Shown piece after piece: positions 23,521 through 30,873 of a DNA stretch of 32,000 bases. Source of the DNA: Candidatus Nitrospira inopinata (GTDB lineage Bacteria; Nitrospirota; Nitrospiria; Nitrospirales; Nitrospiraceae). Location of the stretch: the NCBI RefSeq assembly GCF_001458695.1, contig NZ_LN885086.1:270001-302000 (forward strand). The letters run 5' to 3'. The first letter of the stretch is position 1; each line of letters opens with the position of its first letter. The notes beneath the pieces were generated by a model. The model worked only from the letters and a program-made list of their open reading frames with translations, was not told the DNA's origin and did no database searches. A program made the position numbers and the translations under genes.

Positions 23521-25204
23521 GGCGCCCATGACCAATGCCGCCAAGCTCCGAGCCGCCCTCAAACGACCCGGCGCCCTGAAAATCGTCGGCGCCCACGACG
23601 CGCTGAGCGCCCGCCTTATCGAACGCGCGGGTTTCGACGGCATTTGGGTCGGCGGGTTCGCCGTGTCGGCCTCGCTGAAGTGCATTCCGGACGCCAGCTT
23701 CATCGATTCGAGCGAGCAGCTCGCCATCGAGCGCAACATCGTCGAGGCGGTCGGCATCCCCGTCATCGCCGATTGCGACACCGGCTATGGAAACGCGCTG
23801 AACGTCATGCGGACCGTCAACGACCGCGAACGGGCCGGCGTCGCCGGCATCTGCATCGAGGACAACGTCTACCCTAAACGATGCAGTTTCTACGCGGGCG
23901 TCCGCCGGGAGCTGATTCCCATCGAGGAGCATTGCAGCAAGATCAAGGCGGCGAAAGCGGCGCAGATGTTCCCCGACTTCGTGGTCATCGCGAGAACGGA
24001 AGCGTTGATCGCGGGGTGGGGACAGGCAGAGGCGCTGAAGCGGGCTGAGGCCTACGCCGAAGCGGGAGCCGACGCGGTGCTCATCCACTCGAAATCGAAA
24101 AAGTTCGACGAGCTGCGGGCCGTCTATCGCGCCTGGTCCGGCCGCGTGCCCCTGGTCGTCGTGCCCACGATCTTCGACCAGACCACGGCGGCGGAGATGG
24201 AGGAGGCGGGCGCCAAAATCATCATCTATGCCAACCAACCGGTGCGGGCGGCCATCCGCGCGATGCGGGACGCGCTCCGTCTCATCAAACAAGACACCCG
24301 CCCCGGAGCCGCCAACGACATCATCGTCCCGCTTCAGGAAGTGTACGATATCGTCGGCGTCCCGCAAATGGAACGGGATGAACGGGAATTCCTGCCCGTG
24401 GGCGGCGAAAAAATCACCGCCATCATCGCCGCCGCGGGGTTCGAAAAGCAGTTGCTGCCGCTGATCGAAGACAAGCCCAAGTGTTTGCTGGACATCAAAG
24501 GCAAGACGATCCTCGACCGCCAGGTGGCGGCGCTCAACGAATGCAACATCAAAGACATCGCGCTCGTGCGCGGGTACAAAAAAGAAGCCATCGCGTTACC
24601 CAATATCCGCTATTACGACAACGACCGGTACGAAACCACGGGCGAATTGTTCTCGCTGTTCTGCGCCGAAAACGAGCTGAGGGGGCGGATCATCGTCCTC
24701 TACGGCGACATCATCTTCGATACGGCCATTCTCGAGAAATTACTGAAGAGCCCCGCCGATATTTCCATCGTGGTGGACTTGGCCTGGTTCGACCAGCATC
24801 AGCGCCACGCTCAGGCCGCCCATCCGAATCCGGACCTCGTCTCCCTCGCCGAACCGCCGGGCAAGAGCTATCTCTCTCGGTTCATCATGTCCGAAGGGGA
24901 GCATCGCGTCGTCAAGATCGGTCGGCACGTGCCCTCGGAGGAGGCGCATGGAGAATTCATCGGCATGGCCATGTTCTCCGAGAAAGGGACGCAAGCGCTT
25001 CGCGACTGCTACCGGTCGGCGCAAGAGTCCGCCCGCTCCATCGGCTTCCACGAAGCCGCCGACCTGACCACGGCCTCGTTCACCGACATGATTCAAGAAC
25101 TGATCGACCGCGGCCACCGGGTCGAGGCCGTTCCGATTTTCAAAGGGTGGACGGAAGTCGATTCGTTCGAGGAGTATCAGAAAGCCTGGGCCAAAATCCG
25201 ATAG
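23516..25204 (+). CDS. pepM: Fusion protein: PEP-mutase-like domain (aa ~1-290) plus LicC-like nucleotidyltransferase domain (aa ~298-562)
   Basis: The N-terminal half is colinear, without gaps, with Mytilus PEP mutase as I recall it ([28 protein letters not shown], [40 protein letters not shown]). The catalytic loop reads [10 protein letters not shown] instead of EDKxxxxxNS. The C-terminal half resembles LicC ([34 protein letters not shown]...GWTEVD). The start may be 23528 rather than 23516. Confidence 0.88.
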   Translation: [562 protein letters not shown]

Positions 25205-25345
25205 AGCGGCCTCCGTTCCCCCTGCGAATCGCCTTCTTTTCTTTTCCGCGCCACGGCGCGCCGGTTGATCCGTCTCCGTGAAATCTCATTTTTCTTAGCG
25301 AAACGGGGGCGGTGTGCTACAACAGCTTCGGATCAACGCCTGTTT

Positions 25346-25753
25346 ATGGAACGAGCACGGAACGGACAAACGTTTAGAACGCGGGCGCGGGAAGACAGCC
25401 GCCACGCGGAACGGATCGCCTACACGTGCCCCGTTTCCTTTACGGGTGAGATTCCCTCCCAACCCCATCAGGGCGAAGGCCTGACCAAGGATATCTCCGT
25501 CACCGGGCTCAAAATCGTCAGCACCCAGCCGGTCACCCGCGGAACCCTTTTGACCCTCTCTCTCGCGCTCCCGGACGGACACCCTCCGCTTCGGATTTAC
25601 TCCGCTCACGTCGTCTGGGTCTCCGGCGTCCATTTTTCCGTTCGCTTCATGCACCTGAGCCGAGAGCATCGCAAACGGATCCTTTCCTTTGTCCTGCGAA
25701 ATATCGGCAAAGAGGCGATGAACGATCACTGGAGCCGCTTCAAGATCGCCTGA
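25346..25753 (+). CDS. PilZ-domain protein (putative c-di-GMP receptor)
   Basis: An RxxxR motif (REDSR) is followed about 30 aa later by DxSxxG (DISVTG). This is a single-domain protein of ~135 aa from the ATG at 25346. The track ORF start at 25265 is less likely. Confidence 0.8.
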   Translation: MERARNGQTFRTRAREDSRHAERIAYTCPVSFTGEIPSQPHQGEGLTKDISVTGLKIVSTQPVTRGTLLTLSLALPDGHPPLRIYSAHVVWVSGVHFSVRFMHLSREHRKRILSFVLRNIGKEAMNDHWSRFKIA

Positions 25754-26000
25754 TCATCTTCCCTCCTTGTAACCTCCTCGTCCGTCATCCTCCCGGCGCT
25801 TGTTCCCCGCAAAGGGAGCGTGTTAGGGTACGGTGAAAGCAGCCGTCTGCTCATCTATGTTCGCCATCGGCACCTTCGTAGACGCCTTCGCCCATCACGA
25901 GATTCCTTCGTCCGATGCCATCGGAAACCGAGCACGGGTGTGGGGTCGTTCCTCGCATCGTGCTCCTCTCTTTTCCCTTTGATATGGCCCGACGACGTTC

Positions 26001-27188
26001 ATGAGCCGCCTCCTCCGACATCCGATCATTGCGCTCGGCGTCATCCTCCTCATTGCCGTGGTCGGCCTGGTCGTCTTTCGTCTGGGGACCGACGCCGACC
26101 CCACTCAGCGGAAAGCCTCCCGCCCCGTGGTGGGCACGATGATCCCGATCAAAGAAGATCTTGACGTCTACCTTTCCTACACGGCCGACGTCCTGCCCAA
26201 CCAGGTCGTCAACGTCTTTTCGCGCGTGGACGGATACATCGCCAAACTGCACGTGGACAAGGGTGATTTCGTGAAACGCCACCAACTGCTGATTGAAATC
26301 GACCACACCGACTATCGGCACGCCGTCGATCAAGCCAAAGCCAATCTCGCCGCCGCAAGCGCCAAAGTCTCGCAGCAACGCGCGGTGCTGCGCAACGCGA
26401 CGCTCACGCTCGATCGCATGAAAGCCTTGATCCAGGACCAATTCGTCTCGCAACAGGACCTTGATACCGCACAAGTGAACGTTGACGCCGCGGCGGCGGC
26501 GCTGGAGTCCCTCCAAGCCCAGGTCAAGCAAATGGAAGTCGCCCTGGCCCAAGCGGAAACCAACTTGGCGTACTCGTACATCAGAGCCCCCTTCGCCGGC
26601 TATATCGCCGAGCGCAATCTCGACGAGGGCGCCTACGTGACCGGCACCACCGCCAGCACCTCGACCTTGTCTCGCGGCATCTTGAGTCTTCATGACATCG
26701 ACACGGTGCGCGTCCTGATCGACGTGGTCGAAAAAGAAGTGCCGCTGATCAGGATCGGGCAAAAGGCCGAGCTGCGGACCGAGGCCTATCCGGAAGAGGC
26801 GTTCGAAGGAACGGTGGCGCGCGTCGCCCAGACCCTCAATCGAACCACCCGCGCCATGCCGGTGGAGATCGACGTGGTCAACGCGGATCGCCGGCTGAAG
26901 GGCGGCATGTTCGCGCGGGTCAAGGTCCACGTCGGCACCCATCAGATGGCCGTCCAACTTCCCATCGACGCGGTGAGCAGAGTGGAGGACGCGCAATACG
27001 TCTTCATCGTGCGAGACGGTCTGGCCCGTCGCACGGCCGTCGAGACCGGCGCCCGCAACGGAAACTGGGTCGAGATCACCGACGGCCTGGTCGGCGACGA
27101 AGAAGTCATCGTGTCCGGAAAGGACATCGTGCGCGACGGCGCCGCCGTGCAGACGCAGCCGTTGAAGCCGCTGAAAGGTGAAGGGTGA
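26001..27188 (+). CDS. RND efflux periplasmic adaptor (membrane fusion protein, HlyD/AcrA family)
   Basis: It has an N-terminal TM anchor, a lipoyl-like VFSRVDGYIAKLHVDKGDFVKRHQLLIEID, and coiled-coil hairpin repeats (DYRHAVDQAKANLAAASAKV...DLDTAQVNVDAAAAALESLQAQV). It lies directly upstream of the RND pump. Confidence 0.9.
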   Translation: MSRLLRHPIIALGVILLIAVVGLVVFRLGTDADPTQRKASRPVVGTMIPIKEDLDVYLSYTADVLPNQVVNVFSRVDGYIAKLHVDKGDFVKRHQLLIEIDHTDYRHAVDQAKANLAAASAKVSQQRAVLRNATLTLDRMKALIQDQFVSQQDLDTAQVNVDAAAAALESLQAQVKQMEVALAQAETNLAYSYIRAPFAGYIAERNLDEGAYVTGTTASTSTLSRGILSLHDIDTVRVLIDVVEKEVPLIRIGQKAELRTEAYPEEAFEGTVARVAQTLNRTTRAMPVEIDVVNADRRLKGGMFARVKVHVGTHQMAVQLPIDAVSRVEDAQYVFIVRDGLARRTAVETGARNGNWVEITDGLVGDEEVIVSGKDIVRDGAAVQTQPLKPLKGEG

Positions 27189-27240
27189 TCGACCGTTCCG
27201 AAGGAGCGGCGCCCGGTTTTCCGCGCCGTAGAGCCCGACC

Positions 27241-30200
27241 ATGTGGCTGACCCTGTTCGCGTTGCGCAACCGCATCGGCATCTTGATGCTGTCGTGCGCC
27301 ATGGTCGTGCTCGGCGTCATCTCGCTCCAGCGGTTGCCCATCGATCTGTTTCCGCAAATTCAAGTCCCCGTGGCGTTCGTCGGCGTCGTCTACAAGGGCG
27401 CTCCCCCGCTCGACATCGAGCAAAGCGTCGTGTATCCCATCGAAAAGGCCGTGAGCTCGGCGTCGAACGTCGAACACGTCGAATCCTTCTCCAAACAAGG
27501 ACTCGGCGCCGTGCAAATCTGGTTCAACTGGGGCGCCGACATCAACGTCGGGCAAATGGAAGTCATGCAGCGCGTCACCCAGATTCTGAGCAGTCTTCCG
27601 CCCGGCATTTTGCAGCCGTTCATCGTCAAGTTCGACGTCTCGAACATCCCGGTCTCGCTCGTCACGATCTCCGGCGAGGACCTGGACGAACGCGCGCTCT
27701 ACGATCTGGCCTATAACACCATCGCCCCGCAGATCGAGCAGATCGCCGGCGTCGCCGCGGCCACGGTGGAGGGGGGAAAAATCCGTCAGATCAACGTCAA
27801 CCTCGACCCGGCCCTCTTGGGCGCGCGCGGGCTTTCGATTCTCGACGTGGTCGCCGCCGTCAAGACGGCCAACGTGATTCTGCCGTCCGGCAACATCAAG
27901 GCCGGCAACCTGGACTACAACGTGTTCACGAATTCGCAGTTCAAGGCCGTCGAGCCGATTCAAGACGTGATCGTGAAGGTCGACGATCGCGGGAACCCGG
28001 TCCGCATCCGCGACGTGGGCACGGTGTCGGACTCGTCCGACATTCAAACCAATATCGTCCGAACGGACGGCGCCAGGTCCGTCTTCCTCCGCGTCAACAA
28101 ACAGCCGCAGGCCAACACCGTCCAGGTGGTCGACTCGCTGCGAGAGGCCATCCCACGATTGATCGGCATCCCGCCGGGCGTGAAACTCGGCATCTCCTTC
28201 GATCAATCCGTCTATATTCGACAGGCCATTCGCAATCTGATCGAGCAGGCGATGCACGGTTCGCTGTTGGCCGCGGCCGTCATTTTGATTTTCCTTCGCA
28301 ACCTGACCAGCACGTTGATCATCTCCGTTTCCATCCCGCTCTCCATTCTGGTCACCCTCGTCGTGCTCGATCTGAGCGGCCAGACGCTCAACGTCTTTAC
28401 GATGGGCGGCCTCGCGCTGGGAGTCGGCCGTCTCGTCGACGATTCCATCGTCGAGCTCGAAAACATTCAACGGCACCTCAACACCGCGTCTCGGCGTTGG
28501 GACGCCGTGTTGGACGCGGCACGGGAAGTGGCGATGCCGATCTTCGCCTCGACTGTCACCACCGTCGTGGTGTTCCTTCCCGTTTTCTTTATCGTGGGCA
28601 TCACCCGCCTTCTGCTGATTCCGCTCACGCTCACGATCGCCATCGCCCTGTTTACGTCGTTCTTCATTTCCCGCACCGTCACGCCGGCGCTCTGCTACAA
28701 ATTTCTCAAACCCGAAGGGGACGCGCTTCGCGATATGCCGATGTGGGTTGCGCGGATCATGGAATGGAGCCGCGACCGCTATGCCGCTCTTGACCAAAGC
28801 TACGAAACGTCGCTGCAATGGGTCTTGCGGCACCGCCGGCTCTTCATCTCCGCCGTGCTGGTCATCTTCGCCGGTTCCCTTGCGTTGCTGCCGAGAATCG
28901 GAACGGAATTTCTTCCGGTATCGGATGAAAGCCAGTTCCGCATCGTATTGCGAGCCCCCGTCGGCCAGCGCGTCGAAAAAACGGCCCGGCAGGTCGAGGA
29001 AGTCGAGCGCGTCCTCTGCGAAAACATTCCTGCTCATGAGTTGGAGACGATCGTGTCCAGCACGGGCGTGCTCACGCAGGGGCGCGCGTCCCTCTTCAAT
29101 CCCAACAGCGGCCCCCACACGTCATGGATCCAAGTCTATCTGTCCTCGCCGGACAAGCGGACCAGAAACCAGGTAGAGATCATGAACGACGTGCGTCCGA
29201 AAGTCGCCAATCTGTTTCCCGGCGTGGCCATGTACTTCGATCCCGGCGGCCTCGTCAAACGAGTGACCAGCTTCGGTTCGCAGAAAGCCGTGGACGTCGA
29301 GATCTACGGATACGATTTCGAGCAAGCCAGAAGCGTGATCGGCCGCGTCAAGGAGATCATGGAACGGACGCCGGGCCTGGCCGACATCGAACCCAGTCGG
29401 GAGGAGAATTATCCGGAGGTCAACGTGATCGTCGATCGCGAAAAGGCGGCGCTCCTCGGCGTCACCGAAGCCGACGTGGCCAACACGGTGCTGTTTTCCT
29501 TGAACGGCAACGGACAAACCGATCCCATCATTTATACGGACCCGCAAAACGGCAACGAGTACTTCATCAGCGCGTGGCTGGCCGAGGAGCATCGAAAAGA
29601 TCTGACCGATCTGGAGAACATCCTCGTGCCCACGAAATCAGGACCGCCCGTCCTGTTGAAAAACGTGGCCTCTCTTCGATTAAACGCCGGCCCCGTCAAG
29701 ATCGACCGCAAATCGTTTCAGCGCGTGGTCCACATCACGGCGAACCCGACGACCAGACCATTGGGCGACATCGCCGCCGATCTGGAATCGGCGTTCGCCT
29801 CCCTCCAACTGCCGGCTGGGTTCAGCGTCAAACTGGCCGGTCAGATCGAGCAGCAGCGGGAGACCTTTCGAGGTCTCCTCTTCGCGAGCGTCCTGGCCCT
29901 GGTGCTCGTCTATATGGTCATGGCCGCGCAGTTTAAGTCGCTCGTCGATCCGTTCATCATCATGTTCTCGGTGCCGATGGGCTTTCCCGGCGTCATCCTG
30001 ATGTTGTTCCTGACGAAGACCACGCTTTCCACGACCTCCATGATGGGCGTCATCATGATGCTCGGCATCGTGGTCTCCAACGGCGTGTTGTTGGTCGATT
30101 ACACGAACGTGCTACGGCGAAGGGGTCGACCGTTGCGGGAGGCGGTGACCGCGGCCGCTCGGACGCGTCTGAGGCCGATCCTCATGACGTCGCTCGCGAC

Positions 30201-30402
30201 CGTGTTCGGTCTGCTCCCCATGGCGATCGGCCTCGGAACCGGAGGAGAAACGAACGCGCCGCTGGCCCGGGCGGTCGTGGGGGGACTGAGCGTCTCCACG
30301 CTCCTGACGCTGTTTCTCATTCCGACGATGTACGTGATCTTGGAAGAACGATTCCCCAGAAAAGCGGAGGACGACCAGGCGTTCTCCTCGGCGTCCGTTT
30401 AA
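27241..30402 (+). CDS. RND-family efflux pump, inner-membrane permease (AcrB/AcrD/AcrF family)
   Basis: 1053 aa with the typical N-terminus FALRNRIGILMLSCAMVVLGVISLQRLPIDLFPQI, two large periplasmic loops and a 12-TM layout. It also has conserved ...GGLALGVGRLVDDSIVELENI... and ...MMLGIVVSNGVLLVDY... segments. Confidence 0.95.
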   Translation: MWLTLFALRNRIGILMLSCAMVVLGVISLQRLPIDLFPQIQVPVAFVGVVYKGAPPLDIEQSVVYPIEKAVSSASNVEHVESFSKQGLGAVQIWFNWGADINVGQMEVMQRVTQILSSLPPGILQPFIVKFDVSNIPVSLVTISGEDLDERALYDLAYNTIAPQIEQIAGVAAATVEGGKIRQINVNLDPALLGARGLSILDVVAAVKTANVILPSGNIKAGNLDYNVFTNSQFKAVEPIQDVIVKVDDRGNPVRIRDVGTVSDSSDIQTNIVRTDGARSVFLRVNKQPQANTVQVVDSLREAIPRLIGIPPGVKLGISFDQSVYIRQAIRNLIEQAMHGSLLAAAVILIFLRNLTSTLIISVSIPLSILVTLVVLDLSGQTLNVFTMGGLALGVGRLVDDSIVELENIQRHLNTASRRWDAVLDAAREVAMPIFASTVTTVVVFLPVFFIVGITRLLLIPLTLTIAIALFTSFFISRTVTPALCYKFLKPEGDALRDMPMWVARIMEWSRDRYAALDQSYETSLQWVLRHRRLFISAVLVIFAGSLALLPRIGTEFLPVSDESQFRIVLRAPVGQRVEKTARQVEEVERVLCENIPAHELETIVSSTGVLTQGRASLFNPNSGPHTSWIQVYLSSPDKRTRNQVEIMNDVRPKVANLFPGVAMYFDPGGLVKRVTSFGSQKAVDVEIYGYDFEQARSVIGRVKEIMERTPGLADIEPSREENYPEVNVIVDREKAALLGVTEADVANTVLFSLNGNGQTDPIIYTDPQNGNEYFISAWLAEEHRKDLTDLENILVPTKSGPPVLLKNVASLRLNAGPVKIDRKSFQRVVHITANPTTRPLGDIAADLESAFASLQLPAGFSVKLAGQIEQQRETFRGLLFASVLALVLVYMVMAAQFKSLVDPFIIMFSVPMGFPGVILMLFLTKTTLSTTSMMGVIMMLGIVVSNGVLLVDYTNVLRRRGRPLREAVTAAARTRLRPILMTSLATVFGLLPMAIGLGTGGETNAPLARAVVGGLSVSTLLTLFLIPTMYVILEERFPRKAEDDQAFSSASV

Positions 30403-30429
30403 CACCGTCGGAGCGGCGAGCCGGGCGGT

Positions 30430-30756
30430 CTATCGCCCGATCCCCGGAAACAACGACTTCAACTGCATGGCCAGCCCGATGTCCCCGTCGATCTGAAGCC
30501 TCCCCGACATGGCGATGGCCATCCCGCTGAGCTGCCCCTTGAGCAGTTTGACGCAATCGTCCGCGTCCATCGACAGCGTGACGTGCGGAGCCGGATGGCT
30601 TCCCTCTTTCACCTCGCAGGTTCCATTGCGCACGAGCAACTGATAGCGCCCCCCCTGCGCCCCCGTCAGGTCGAACTGATAGACGGCTTCGAGTTCCTCC
30701 GCCGCCTCTTTGTCGAGCTTCGAGGGAAGCGAGTCGATGATTTCTTTGGCCGTCAT
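30430..30756 (-). CDS. SCP2 sterol/lipid-binding-fold protein
   Basis: MTAKEIIDSLPSKLDKEAAEELEAVYQFDLTG...VTLSMDADDCVKLLKGQLSGMAIAMSGRLQIDGDIGLAMQLKSLF matches the SCP2 pattern (GKLKIxGDxxxAxKLxxLF). The ATG at 30756 is preceded by GGAGGA at 5-nt spacing. Confidence 0.8.
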   Translation of the reverse strand: MTAKEIIDSLPSKLDKEAAEELEAVYQFDLTGAQGGRYQLLVRNGTCEVKEGSHPAPHVTLSMDADDCVKLLKGQLSGMAIAMSGRLQIDGDIGLAMQLKSLFPGIGR

Positions 30757-30873
30757 GGTGGTCCTCCGGTGTTTGGCGCGAGCGAAACAGGCGAGACGAC
30801 GCGCGGGATGCGACATCGCGTCCCTCTCGCGCACTTGAGCGCGGCGCCCGATCTCGGCACCGCACAGTGCCGC

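Noticed and set aside
16950-25204. Phosphonate locus as a mobile genomic island.
   Set aside because: I could find no integrase, transposase, flanking direct repeats or tRNA target. By eye its composition does not differ from the flanking housekeeping genes. A horizontal origin cannot be excluded without genome-wide statistics, but the sequence gives no positive support.
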